A stretch of 33,161 nucleotides of DNA from an uncultured cyanobacterium (GCA_963807635.1 CAWEDJ010000078.1:1-33161); one strand, 5' to 3'. Shown: positions 10,082 to 21,104, counted from the stretch's first letter. Notes: generated by a model from the letters alone, not told the origin. Program-made: numbers and translations.

Positions 10082-10119
10082 TAAAACTAAAACTAAAACT
10101 AAAGAAAACTGTAAAACTA
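10082..10119. repeat. Short tandem (TAAAAC)n repeat
   Basis: TAAAAC x3 followed by the degenerate TAAAGAAAACTGTAAAACTA, between the dGTPase stop and the ATPase start. Confidence 0.75.
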
Positions 10120-10132
10120 GATTATAGCAAAT

Positions 10133-11456
10133 TTAAGAAACTAAAGAAATCCCTCGAAATTGTTGAAACAATAACGTTGCTTGTAAATCCGTTAATCCTG
10201 AAATATAATCTGTTACTTTTAACATTTTTTGATAATGACTTTCTTCAGGATTAGGTCTCCATTCCGTTGGCAAAATATAAGTAATTAATTGTCCTTTTTT
10301 AGTAGGATGAAAAATCGCCGTTAAAAATTCCGTTAATAATTCTCCTAACACTTCATAACCCGCAACTTTGACCTTAACCACATTAGGATGATGAAACACA
10401 GAATAAGATGTTTTTTCTTCAATAATACTCAGAATATCTGCATACTGGCCAAGGCTTAAAAGAGCCTGATCAAATTTACCTGCTAGGATTTCAGATTCCT
10501 TATCTAAAAAGATTTGGGCGATTTCTGATACTAATTGATTAATCGCTTTAGCCCGTAGTCTTTTGATGGTTTCTTCTGGACTACTATCGTATTCGGTGAG
10601 ATCAATTTTGGCGATCGCGTTCAAAAGATCCCGCACTTCAAAAAAAGGAAGATAGCCCATGTGAAAACCATCTTCGAGGTCAACAATCGAATAACAAATA
10701 TCATCCGCCGCCTCCATTAAAAACGTCAGGGGATGACGACACCACCAAGCTGCTTTCGGGTGACGACGAATTAAGCCTACTGTTTCAGCTACCTCTGTAA
10801 ACAAATCCTTTTCCGACTGAAAAAAACCGTATTTCTGAATACTTTTACCCTTATATCCTTTCAAAATCGTTTTAGATAAAAAAGATTCCCTCGGATATTT
10901 CGTAAAAGTCGCCAAGGTCGTACAGGTCAGTTGCATTCCTCCGACACGATGCAACATTCCTAAGCGGCTTAAAATCCGAAAACCCTGGGCATTTCCTTCA
11001 AAATTATCTAAATCTGCTTTTTCTAAGGGATTAAGCAAGCTTCCCCCCAGATTTTCTTTGCTATACCAACTCTGAAACGCATTTTGGATGGCATCTTCCC
11101 CCGCATGGCCAAAGGGCGGATTACCGATATCATGGTGACAAACAAGCGGCGGATAAAATATCGCCAAAATCAGCCGCATCAAAGTTTTCGAGACGATGCC
11201 GTTTGATAATCTGATCGCCGACCATTCTCCCCAGCGATCGCCCGACACAGGAGACTTCTAGGCTATGGATTAAGCGAGTCCGCACATCGGCATTTTTCGA
11301 TAGAGGAAAAACCTGGGTTTTATCTTTTAATCGACGAAAAGGAGTCGAATAAACCAGGCGATCATAATCCTTAAGATAGGGAGTCCGCTCGAAGTTCGGA
11401 TCTTCTGAATGTTGTTTGCCGAGACGTTTACGGGTGAGTAGCTGTTGCCATTCCAT
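10133..11456 (-). CDS. dgt: dNTP/dGTP triphosphohydrolase (HD superfamily), frameshifted near 11135
   Basis: DYDRLVYS.PFRRLKDKTQVFPL and RTRLIHSLEV in one frame; HDIGNPPFGHAGE, FEGNAQGFR, EAADDICY..DLEDG and DYISGLTD in the other. Confidence 0.92.
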
Positions 11457-11743
11457 CGGGATTTGGTCTGAAATTGATTGATTTCTACTCTAACTCAAAA
11501 ATTTAGTAACTCTAAACTTTACAGGATTTTTCGTTTATCTTGCCTAAAATTCAAATCCAAAATACTCATGAAATAGCGCAGTTTTATACTTTTTCTTGAT
11601 CCTTCTCTATTGACACCATTTATTTCAAAGGGTTTACTTTATTATTTATCATAATAAAATATTGTCAAGTATCTATTTTCAATTATCAAAAAAATTGTTA
11701 ATATTAAGAAATAAAAGCTTATTTAACAATTTTAATTAAATCC

Positions 11744-12727
11744 ATGAATGATTCCCAGGAAGCCAAAACCCTCGGTGATTGGGCAAAAATTGCCATTCAA
11801 CAACATTATCAGAAAATTCTTAAACATGAAGCTCTGGTACTCAAAGATAAAGATCCTGAAGAACTCCATCAAATGCGAGTAGGAATGCGACGACTGCGAA
11901 CGGCGATCACGGGGTTTTCCTGTGCCGTGATTTTGCCAAAATCAGTGGATGAAAAGAAAGTTGGTAAGATCGCGACTGTTTTGGGAAACTTAAGAGATTT
12001 AGATGTTTTAAAAGAAACTTTAAGCACAATTTATTTACCAGCACTCTCAAAAAATGAACAAAAAAAACTGGAGAAATTATTTATAAGCATCAAAAAAAAA
12101 CGTAAAGTAATCGCAAAAATTACCCAAGAAATTTTACATAAAAATATTTATCAAGGTTTTAAAGAAGATCTTGATGATTGGTTAGAAAAACCAGTTTATA
12201 CGGCAATCGCGGCTCTCCCCATAGAACATATCCTGCCTGACTTACTCTCTCCCCAAATTAGTTCTTTTTTATCGCATCCAGGTTGGGTCGTGGGAAGCAG
12301 TTTACATCAAACAGAAAATATGATTGGCTTTAATCTTCCTGCTAAACGCTTAGAAGATTTATCCCACCAAGAAGAGATGATTCTTCATAGTTTGCGAAAA
12401 GAGACTAAAAGAACACGTTATTTAATGGAATTACTTCTCACTTTTTATGAAGAAAATTATCAAGAAATGCTCAAAAAAATCAAACAAGTGCAAGAAGTTT
12501 TAGGGGAAATTCAAGATGGTTTCGTGTTAAGACAGGTATTAGGCCAAGTTTACGGTCATGATCTCCAGAAAATTTTACCGATAATGACTCAAACAATTCA
12601 AGAATACCGTCTTCAAAATGGATTGGAATGGGAAGAATTACGCCAATTTTTTCTTTTTCCCGCCAACCGCATCCAGTTACGTTTAAGTATTCAATCTCCT
12701 CGATTGACACTTGAAAAAATCATCTAA
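11744..12727 (+). CDS. CHAD domain protein (polyphosphate-binding family)
   Basis: DPEELHQMRVGMRRLR, LG.LRDLDV, LHSLRK..KR.RY and QEVLGEIQD motifs. Confidence 0.9.
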   Translation: MNDSQEAKTLGDWAKIAIQQHYQKILKHEALVLKDKDPEELHQMRVGMRRLRTAITGFSCAVILPKSVDEKKVGKIATVLGNLRDLDVLKETLSTIYLPALSKNEQKKLEKLFISIKKKRKVIAKITQEILHKNIYQGFKEDLDDWLEKPVYTAIAALPIEHILPDLLSPQISSFLSHPGWVVGSSLHQTENMIGFNLPAKRLEDLSHQEEMILHSLRKETKRTRYLMELLLTFYEENYQEMLKKIKQVQEVLGEIQDGFVLRQVLGQVYGHDLQKILPIMTQTIQEYRLQNGLEWEELRQFFLFPANRIQLRLSIQSPRLTLEKII

Positions 12728-12805
12728 CCGTTATCCTAGTTTTCTTTCCCCAAAAGCCTTACTATTGAAACTATATTCACTGCTATTCCCTGCGATCGCT
12801 GACTT

Positions 12806-14839
12806 ATGACTATCGAATTACAAGCTACCCTAGAAAATAGCTCTAAATCCCTGCTTCTCACCCCCAATCCTAGTTCCATAAAGCCAAAATGGAGCATTGA
12901 AGATAGTGAAAAACTGTATCGTATTCAAGGATGGGGTGATCCCTATTTTTCCATTAATGCGGCGGGTCATGTCACCGTTTCTCCCCAGGGCGATCACGGC
13001 GGTTCTTTAGATTTATATGAGTTAGTAGAATCCCTAAGAAAACGCAATATTGGTTTGCCTTTATTACTGCGTTTTTCTGATATTTTAGCAGACCGAATTA
13101 ATCGTTTAAATGCCGCTTTTGCGAGGGGAATTGCCCGTTATAATTATCCCAATGCCTATCGTGGTGTTTATCCGATTAAGTGTAATCAACATCGCCATTT
13201 AGTTGAATCCCTAGTCCGTTATGGCAAGCCTTACCATTTTGGTTTAGAAGCAGGATCAAAACCTGAATTAATGATTGCCTTAGCCACTTTAGAACCGATC
13301 GCCAGTGATAACTCGGACACTCCTCAATCCCTGTTAATTTGTAATGGTTATAAGGATCGAGAATATATTGAAACGGCTCTATTAGCCAGACGTTTAGGAC
13401 ATCGACCTATTATTGTGGTGGAACAGGTTTCTGAGGTAACGATCGCCATTGAAATTAGTCGTAATTTAGGCATTAAACCGATTTTAGGAGTTAGGGCAAA
13501 ACTCAGTACCCAAGGCATGGGACGCTGGGGAACCTCAACAGGCGATCGCGCTAAATTTGGATTAACTATTCCTGAAATGTTATCAGTTGTCAATCAATTA
13601 AAAGCGGCAGATATGCTCGATTGTTTACAACTTTTACACTTTCATATTGGTTCCCAAATTTCGGCTATTTCTGTGTTAAAAGAAGCCATGACAGAAGCGA
13701 GCCAAATCTATGTGCAACTCGCAAAATTAGGGGCTAATATGCAATATATCGACGTGGGTGGCGGTTTAGGAGTCGATTATGATGGTTCTAAAACTAACTT
13801 TTATGCCTCAAAAAATTACAATATTCAAAACTACGTTAATGATATTATTTCCGCCGTTCAGGAAGCCTGTGAAGCCGCAACCATTCCCTGTCCTATTTTG
13901 ATGAGTGAAAGTGGACGGGCGATCGCTTCCCATCAGTCAGTTTTAATTTTTGATGTGCTGGCGATTAACGATGTTCCCAATGAATTACCCGAAGTCGTCA
14001 AAGAAAAAGAGCATTTAATTATTCGGAATCTTTGGGAAACTTTAGAGACAATTACCAACGAAAATTATCAGGAAGCCTACCATGATGTCGTGCAGTTTAA
14101 AGAGGAAGCTATTAGTTTATTTAATTTTGGGTATCTCAGTCTCAAGGAACGGGCTAAAGCTGAACAATTGTATTGGGTTTGTTGTCGAAAAATTCTCCAG
14201 ATTTGTCGTCAGCAAGAATACGTCCCCGATGATTTAGAAGATCTGGAAAAAATTATGGCTTCTATTTATTATATTAATCTCTCGGTTTTTCAGTCTGCTC
14301 CTGATACCTGGGCGATCGATCAATTATTTCCCATTATGCCGATTCACCGCTTAGATGAAGAACCAACAAATCGCGGAACCTTGGCGGATATTACCTGTGA
14401 TAGTGATGGAAAAATAGACCAATTTATTGATCTCAGAGATGTTAAATCGGTCTTAGAATTACATCCCTTTATGGAAGATCAAAATTCTTCAGAACACCCG
14501 GAAACGTCTTTACCAAACCATCAACCCTATTATCTAGCAATGTTTTTAGTCGGAGCCTATCAAGAAGTGATGGGAAATTTCCATAATCTTTTCGGGGATA
14601 TTAATGTTGTCCATATTCAAATGAATCCGAAAGGCTATCATATCGAACATTTAGAAAGGGGAGATAAAATTTCTGATGTCCTCAGTTATGTACAGTACGA
14701 TGCTGAAGATTTATTAGAAAATATGCGCCGTTACACAGAACAAGCCCTAGAAGATAATCGCATGAGTTTAGAACAATCTCAATTGTTATTAGAGAACTAT
14801 GAACGGAGTTTACGCCATTATACTTATCTGGCTAATTAA
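12806..14839 (+). CDS. speA: Biosynthetic arginine decarboxylase
   Basis: YPIKCNQ (PLP lysine), GLEAGSKPEL, CNGYKD, HFHIGSQI, DVGGGLGVDYDGS and ITCDSDG. Confidence 0.97.
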   Translation: MTIELQATLENSSKSLLLTPNPSSIKPKWSIEDSEKLYRIQGWGDPYFSINAAGHVTVSPQGDHGGSLDLYELVESLRKRNIGLPLLLRFSDILADRINRLNAAFARGIARYNYPNAYRGVYPIKCNQHRHLVESLVRYGKPYHFGLEAGSKPELMIALATLEPIASDNSDTPQSLLICNGYKDREYIETALLARRLGHRPIIVVEQVSEVTIAIEISRNLGIKPILGVRAKLSTQGMGRWGTSTGDRAKFGLTIPEMLSVVNQLKAADMLDCLQLLHFHIGSQISAISVLKEAMTEASQIYVQLAKLGANMQYIDVGGGLGVDYDGSKTNFYASKNYNIQNYVNDIISAVQEACEAATIPCPILMSESGRAIASHQSVLIFDVLAINDVPNELPEVVKEKEHLIIRNLWETLETITNENYQEAYHDVVQFKEEAISLFNFGYLSLKERAKAEQLYWVCCRKILQICRQQEYVPDDLEDLEKIMASIYYINLSVFQSAPDTWAIDQLFPIMPIHRLDEEPTNRGTLADITCDSDGKIDQFIDLRDVKSVLELHPFMEDQNSSEHPETSLPNHQPYYLAMFLVGAYQEVMGNFHNLFGDINVVHIQMNPKGYHIEHLERGDKISDVLSYVQYDAEDLLENMRRYTEQALEDNRMSLEQSQLLLENYERSLRHYTYLAN

Positions 14840-14890
14840 TCTTTAAGAGCGATCGCCTTTCTCTTGATTAAGAATTAAACAGAATTCACT

Positions 14891-14921
14891 GTAGGGACAT
14901 AATCGTATTGTGTCCTTTTTT
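14891..14921 (+). terminator. Hairpin plus T-run after speA, with a GTAG-led REP-like shape
   Basis: GT-AGGGACATAAT-CGT-ATTGTGTCCTT followed by further Ts. Confidence 0.65.
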
Positions 14922-15211
14922 ATTCCTATCTTCTACTACGTTAGTTAAAAAAATATTAATAGAATAGAAACTATTTTAGAGAAAAAAAGTCTATTAGCTG
15001 GCAGGAATTTTTCATGGGGATGATTAAAAAAAAATCCAACTCTAACGAAAAATTCTCTTTTTTTATCGGGTGAGAATCCTTGGTTTTAAAGAGCTAATTA
15101 TTGGAAAACCAACAAAAATATTTTGCCCCTTACAAAGGGCGCGCGACATAAAATAAACCCATTTAAACTAAATTGAATTAATACCTAACACCTTACTTTT
15201 TTTGAATCGCA

Positions 15212-16297
15212 ATGAACCCTAACGAATTATTATCCAGCTACGACTATACCCTTCCCCCTGAACTCATTGCCCAAAGTCCCGTTATTCCTAGAGATAGCTC
15301 TCGTTTATTGGTTGTTCAAACGCCGACCCACCACCATCATCAGCGATTTTATGATTTGCCCCAATACCTAGAACCTAACGATTTACTGGTTTTGAATAAT
15401 ACGCGAGTCATTCCCGCCCGATTGTATGGTCAGAAATCCACAGGAACCTCCGTCGAAATTCTATTACTCGAAGAAAAATCGCCCGATCGCTGGTTGGCTC
15501 TGGTGAAACCTGGAAAGAAATTAAAAGTAGGTTCAGAAATTACCTTTTATCCTTCCCAAACAAGTGATCCAAATTTAACCTTAACCGCTACTGTCCTAGA
15601 ACGTGACCCCGAAACAGGAGGGCGCATTCTGCAATTCTTTCCCCCGTCTGGTACTTCTTTTTGGGATATTTTAGAGCAATTTGGAGAAATTCCTTTTCCG
15701 CCCTATGTTACTCAGTCAGAAGCTCAAGCCGATCAATATCAAACCATTTATGCCCAAAAGCCAGGGGCAGTGGCGGCTCCGACAGCAGGGTTACATTTTA
15801 CTGATGAACTTTTGAAAAAATTAGCGACTAAAGGAATTCAAACCGCCGAGATTACGCTACACGTTGGTGTGGGAACCTTTCGTCCCGTAGAAACGGAAAA
15901 TATTAGGGAACATACTATGCACCAAGAGTGGATTGAAGTTCCCCAAATTACGGTCGATAAAATTCTAGCAACTAAAGCAAAAGGAGGACGGATTATTGCG
16001 ATCGGGACAACCAGTGTACGGGCTTTAGAAGGAGCCGCCCAAGCTAATTTGCCTGACTTATTAACGGCCTATCGAGGCAAGACAAATCTTTTTATTTATC
16101 CAGGTTATCAATGGCAAATTATTGATGGTTTAATTACGAATTTTCATTTACCAAAATCGAGCTTATTAATGTTAGTCAGTGCTTTAATTGAGCGAGAAAG
16201 ATTATTGAGTTTGTACCAAGAAGCCATTCAAGAAAATTATCGTTTTTATTCCTTTGGCGATGCGATGTTGATTTTACCTACCGCTAGGCGATCGTAA
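15212..16297 (+). CDS. queA: S-adenosylmethionine:tRNA ribosyltransferase-isomerase
   Basis: [51 protein letters not shown] and [10 protein letters not shown]. Confidence 0.97.
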   Translation: MNPNELLSSYDYTLPPELIAQSPVIPRDSSRLLVVQTPTHHHHQRFYDLPQYLEPNDLLVLNNTRVIPARLYGQKSTGTSVEILLLEEKSPDRWLALVKPGKKLKVGSEITFYPSQTSDPNLTLTATVLERDPETGGRILQFFPPSGTSFWDILEQFGEIPFPPYVTQSEAQADQYQTIYAQKPGAVAAPTAGLHFTDELLKKLATKGIQTAEITLHVGVGTFRPVETENIREHTMHQEWIEVPQITVDKILATKAKGGRIIAIGTTSVRALEGAAQANLPDLLTAYRGKTNLFIYPGYQWQIIDGLITNFHLPKSSLLMLVSALIERERLLSLYQEAIQENYRFYSFGDAMLILPTARRS

Positions 16298-16400
16298 TCC
16301 AACAAAAAGTAATCTCACTGTGTATTGATTTAGGCATCTAAAATTTTTTTAAATTGCGGTTGTGTATTATGTTATTGTTACATACCCAAAAAGACTATCA

Positions 16401-16914
16401 ATGATTACTGAAAATAATGATCTTTCTCACACCAGTTTGACATCACTTTATGAGCAGGATTTTCAACTATGGATAGAACAAACCATTAATTGCTTAAAAA
16501 ATAACCACTTTAATATACTTGACACTGCTCACCTAATCGAGGAGTTAAACGATTTGGGAAGCTCGAATAAAGCCACTTTAGAAAGCAATTTAGCGATCTT
16601 AATGGCTCACCTATTAAAACTCACTGTCCAAGCCGATGCTCCCGATACGATGAAAAATAGTTGGTATAATTCCGTTGATGAACATCGCCAACGCATCCAA
16701 AAACAACTCCAAAAAACGCGTTCTCTTAAATCCTATTAGGACAGTGCCTTGCTAGAAGCCTATCCTGATGCAAGAAAATTAGCCATTAAAGAAGGTAAAC
16801 GTGCTTCCCTGGGGACTCAGAATTCCTGCTGAAACTGAGTATCCTCTTGATTGTCCTTTTTCCCAATTAGAAATTCTAGATGAAAACTTTTATGGTATTT
16901 TTCAGTCGCTTTAG
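16401..16914 (+). pseudogene. DUF29 family protein, interrupted by TAG at 16737-16739 and a frameshift near 16815
   Basis: LYEQDF.LW, HLIEELNDLG and L..HLLK. Homology continues after the stop (EAYPDARKLAIKE) and in a shifted frame (YPLDCPFSQLEILDENFYG) to TAG at 16914. Confidence 0.75.
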
Positions 16915-17055
16915 TTTTGTTTGGAAAAATTGTTAGGAGTCTCACACCGCAAGAAATCCTTAAATAGATGATTGGAATTAATTGAATTTAGAGAAAACCT
17001 GCCGCGATCGCCCAGGGTTTATCGTAAGAGATAGAACCGCTATTACTTACTCCCC

Positions 17056-17523
17056 ATGCTGACTCATCATCAACGTCCTGTCTGCCTGTCTCTCATGTCC
17101 ACCGATCTGCCCATTCTCAACACTATTGAATCCGCCGCAACGTTGTATGAAAAAGAGCAGGGACGGTTCCATTTACTGATTAATCAAGCTCCACCTGAAA
17201 CCAAACCCCCATCGCCTGAGCAAACCAACTCTAAACAATTACTCTGGCTAGAATTATCCTCTTCCCGCGTCATCCTTACCTTGCAAGGCAATAGTCAATT
17301 TTCCTATCGTCATTTTTGGGAACGGGGGGTACATGGCATCAGCCGATATTGGCTCAATGAAGGGAATCAGCACCTCAGCAACTCTTTTCGACTGCGAAAT
17401 TTTACCCGTGATTTAACACTGACAGGCTATCCTCTGCCTGAATTTTTACGCATTGAATATGAACTATGGACGGATCAGGTTTATTTTGGACACTATGTTT
17501 TGCATCTAGAAATTTATCATTAG
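17056..17523 (+). CDS. Conserved cyanobacterial hypothetical protein
   Basis: 155-aa ORF filling the gap, with motifs such as LLWLELS, SYRHFW..GV.G.SRYWL and LRNFTR.L. No function recognised. Confidence 0.75.
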   Translation: MLTHHQRPVCLSLMSTDLPILNTIESAATLYEKEQGRFHLLINQAPPETKPPSPEQTNSKQLLWLELSSSRVILTLQGNSQFSYRHFWERGVHGISRYWLNEGNQHLSNSFRLRNFTRDLTLTGYPLPEFLRIEYELWTDQVYFGHYVLHLEIYH

Positions 17524-17636
17524 GATTTATAGCGATCGCGTTTTGTTGCGATGAAACGATAAACTAATAGAGTAAACTTGCTAGTCTTTGGGAATACGCG
17601 AGTAACCATTTATCATTCTTTACTGTTTTTATTTCA

Positions 17637-18123
17637 ATGACCAACATTCGCATCGGCAACGGCTATGACATTCACCGCTTAACGGAAGGACGCGCTCTCA
17701 TTTTAGGTGGTGTCAAAATTGATCATCACTTAGGGTTACTAGGACACAGTGATGCCGACGTACTGACCCATGCCATTATAGATGCCCTGTTGGGAGCGTT
17801 GAGTTTAGGGGATATCGGCCATTATTTTCCGCCGACCGATCCCCAATGGGCAGGGGCAAATAGTTTAAATTTATTGACCCAAGTTCACCAACTCATTCAA
17901 AGTAAAGGCTGGAAAATTGGCAATATTGATTCGGTGATTGTGGCAGAACAGCCAAAACTTAAACCCCATTTGCCCGCGATGAAAGAAACCCTGGGAAAGA
18001 CTTTGGGGATTGATCCCGAACTCATTGGAATTAAAGCAACTACTAACGAAAAGTTAGGCCCCAGTGGGACGAGAAGAGGGGATTTCCTCCTATAGCGTCG
18101 TTTTATTGGTGAAATCTACATAA
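17637..18123 (+). CDS. ispF: 2-C-methyl-D-erythritol 2,4-cyclodiphosphate synthase, frameshifted near 18060
   Basis: [27 protein letters not shown] and KATTNEKLG. The C-terminus [15 protein letters not shown] lies in a shifted frame ending at TAA 18123. Confidence 0.95.
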
Positions 18124-18127
18124 AATT

Positions 18128-18933
18128 CTATTTACTCTTGCCTAATTCCTGGGAACGACGACAGGCCGCCCGCACTGCTTCGATCATGGCAGAGCGCACG
18201 CCCATTTTTTCCATTGTCGCCACTCCTGCAATGGTGGTTCCCCCAGGACTCGTGACTGATCTTTTAATTCTCCTGGATGCAATGACGTTTCTTTTAACAG
18301 TTGCGCTGTCCCTAAAACCGTTTGTAAGGCCAATTGGTAGGCGATCGCCCTGGGCAATCCTGACGCAACCCCACCATCGGCCAAAGATTCAATGATAATC
18401 GCCACATAAGCCGACCCCGATCCCGACAATCCTGTGACCGCATCCATCAAAGATTCGGGAACCTCGACAATTTCACCCACTGCACTAAAAATTGTTTTCG
18501 CCAGATCCATGTGATGGTGATCCACCATTTTTCCCCCTGCGATCGCCGTCATTCCCGCCCCGACTGTTGCAGGAGTATTGGGCATTACCCGAATGACAGG
18601 ATGATCAGGAAACCCGAACTCTAAGCGACTAATGGGAATTCCCGCTAATACAGAAATGACTAAGGGCTTGAGTTGTCCCCCCGCTAAACCCGCGACTACC
18701 CGTTCTAAGGTCTGGGGTTTAATGGCCAACATTAATACATCGGAGGCATTGGCCGCTTCCTGATTATCTCCCGTGATTTGCACGCCATAGGTTTGTTTCA
18801 ACCAATCCCGACGACTGCCCTTGGGATCACTAATTAAAACTTCATCAGGTGCGTAGAGTTTTTGTTGCAACAAGCGGGACAAAATAGCTTCTGCCATCAC
18901 TCCACCGCCAATAATTCCGAATTTCACAGACAT
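18128..18933 (-). CDS. proC: Pyrroline-5-carboxylate reductase, frameshifted near 18255
   Basis: IGGGVMAEA, LAIKPQ, RVMPNTP and TGLSGSG. The C-terminus TSPGGTTIAG...RRSQELG is in a shifted frame. Confidence 0.95.
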
Positions 18934-19027
18934 AAATTAAATTGCTCTTTGAAAATGAGTCAATACTACTCATTGTAGGGGGAATTCTGCACTGAGAAAA
19001 TCAGTCAAAGTTTTGGAAAAAAATAGG

Positions 19028-19058
19028 CAAAAGCTGCGCCTTAACATAAAGCGCAACT
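19028..19058 (-). terminator. Hairpin after sepF, probable terminator or stabiliser between sepF and proC
   Basis: Minus strand AGTTGCGCTTTA-TGT-TAAGGCGCAGCT followed by a short T-run. Confidence 0.6.
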
Positions 19059-19091
19059 CTCAGCCAATCTCTAAAGGATAATCACTCCCAA

Positions 19092-19659
19092 TTATTGGGC
19101 TAAACGGCTGTGGTCAAGTCCCCAAGCAGGTGCGGAAAGCTGTGTCCGTGTTCCATGGGTCGCAGTTTCATTAGAATCATGAACCGTTCCTGAGAGGGTA
19201 CTGACCTTGACACTATTGGGAGTAAAGAGAAAAATACTTTCGCCAATCCGCTCTTGATGACCATCAATGGCATAGGTTCCGCCTGCCACAAAATCTACGG
19301 CTCTTTGGGCTTCTTCGGGGTCCATCACATTGAGGTTAAGAACAACGGATTTTCTTTCGCGGAGGGTCATGAATCACTTGGGGCATTTCTTCAAAAGAAT
19401 GTGGCTCAACGACAACAACCTCGGCCACAGTGTTATTAATTCCAGGCATTCCAATCACATTATTTCTCGCTGATGTTGCTATGGTGGATTCGTTATTTAG
19501 GGTTAAATTATCTCGATTCGGGCGGCGAAGAGACGAATTTTCTTCAGGGATCGGAGCGACTTGCTCCTGGGGCTGTTGCCAGTCCATTTCTTCGTAATCC
19601 TCTTCGTATTCGTCTCGTTCACTGATGCCGACAAAATCTTTTATTTTCGTTAGGATCAT
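19092..19659 (-). CDS. sepF: Cell division protein SepF, frameshifted near 19370
   Basis: KIKDFVG, acidic linker, NNVIGMPG and [12 protein letters not shown] in one frame; [42 protein letters not shown] in the other. Confidence 0.95.
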
Positions 19660-20092
19660 GGTATTAGAATTTCCTGTCAGGGTGAGTAATGAGAATTGTT
19701 GCACAGAGGTCGTTCCGTCAATGAACTTCCGATGCGCGGCAATCGCTAAAAGGGGTTAATCCAAAGGATTTGTCCTTTACGGGCATGGCTTTGGAGGTGT
19801 TGAGTCCCTTTAGACTTATATAGAATAACAATAGAATAATTAGAAATTCACTAGGTTATCCAGCAAAAAACTAGGCATTTTTTCCCAATAGTCGCAAGAC
19901 TTCAGCAATAAGTTCCCAATTTTTTGTTTTTTGTCATTTTAGGTAAATGTCGATATTTAATTCTATAGGATTTAAGTTCAAATACGATATTTTCAAAAGT
20001 TTTATCGCCTTTTTTTGGGAATAGCCCGTTGGTTCATGGACTTGTCACGATCAACCTCTGAGAGAAATTTTTAGAATCATTTCATAAAAAGG

Positions 20093-20743
20093 CTACTCTG
20101 TAAACAAAATTTGGCCTAAACGAATCATAGTGGCACCTGCTTTAACGGCCAATCCATAGTCATTGGACATCCCCATCGAAAGTTCTGTTAGAGCCAAGGA
20201 AGATTGCTGATTAATCTGTTCCAGTAAATTAGTTGCTGATTGAAAAGCTGCGAGGGATTGCTCAGGCGTTAAACCCAGGGGCAGAATGACCATTAATCCC
20301 CGTAATTTAATATTTTTACAAGCCTCTAATTCCGTTAAATGGGAGAATAATTCAGAAATTTGCCAGCCGTATTTATTCGGATCGGGAAGGATTTTAACTT
20401 GTAAAAAAAGTTGAGGAGCAATGGGTAAATCCTCGGCTAACCGATCCAAGCGTTGCAGGAGAGCTAAATTATCAACGGAATCAATCCACTGAAAATGTTC
20501 GATGGTTTTTTTAGCTTTATTAGTTTGTAAATGTCCGATAAAATGCCAAGAAATATCTTTTAAATCGGTTAGTTGTTCTTGCTTTAGTAATGCTTCCTGG
20601 AGTCGATTTTCTGCAAAGTCTCTGATCCCCGTATTATAAGCCTCTCGTATGAGAGAAGCAGGGACTTGCTTGCTGACGGCGACTAAACGGACAGAACTTG
20701 GAATTTCTTGACGAATTCTTTCAATACGTTGAGCAATAGACAT
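20093..20743 (-). CDS. pipY: YggS/PLPBP pyridoxal-phosphate homeostasis protein PipY
   Basis: LVAVSK, DFAENRLQE, WHFIGHLQTNK, ELSMGMSNDY and GATMIRLG. Lies directly downstream of pipX. Confidence 0.93.
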   Translation of the reverse strand: MSIAQRIERIRQEIPSSVRLVAVSKQVPASLIREAYNTGIRDFAENRLQEALLKQEQLTDLKDISWHFIGHLQTNKAKKTIEHFQWIDSVDNLALLQRLDRLAEDLPIAPQLFLQVKILPDPNKYGWQISELFSHLTELEACKNIKLRGLMVILPLGLTPEQSLAAFQSATNLLEQINQQSSLALTELSMGMSNDYGLAVKAGATMIRLGQILFTE

Positions 20744-20834
20744 AAAGCAAAATAACAATGTTTTAGATCTTTTCCAGTTGTTTTCCTAATCCTAAATAAT
20801 CGCCAATCTTTTAATAGAGGTATGGACGGCTAAA

Positions 20835-21104
20835 TTATTGGAAAGTGCGTTGATAAAGTTTTTGTAGCTCTAGATAGCCTTGATTATCTCCAACGCGACG
20901 TAGATGGCGGAGACGATTTTCGATTAAAAGCTTGGCATCGGCGCGAGTGATCGGCTCAAAACTGGTTTTATTGGCGGTTACTGCGACTAAAAAAAATAGA
21001 CGCTGGGCATAGAGAGTGGTGAAAATATCCCGATTTTCTTCTAGTACACAGATTCGATATAAAAGTCCAAACGTTGGATGATTGATATAAATTTCTTTGT
21101 CCAT
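20835..21104 (-). CDS. pipX: PII-interacting protein X
   Basis: 89 aa with E.YINHPTFGLLY, FTTLYAQRLFFLV and FEPITR.DA. Confidence 0.95.
   Translation of the reverse strand: MDKEIYINHPTFGLLYRICVLEENRDIFTTLYAQRLFFLVAVTANKTSFEPITRADAKLLIENRLRHLRRVGDNQGYLELQKLYQRTFQ

Noticed and set aside
10133..11456. Programmed frameshifting in dgt or the other split genes
   Set aside because: There is no consistent slippery site or downstream structure, and window-wide indel noise is the simpler explanation.
11457..11743. NtcA, Fur or Zur operator in the dgt/CHAD divergent region
   Set aside because: I found no convincing consensus match; the AT-richness produces many weak chance hits.
14925..15211. AT-rich speA-queA spacer as a preQ1 riboswitch or sRNA
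   Set aside because: Only a small GCCC..GGGC hairpin near 15126-15140 is visible, with no recognisable aptamer.
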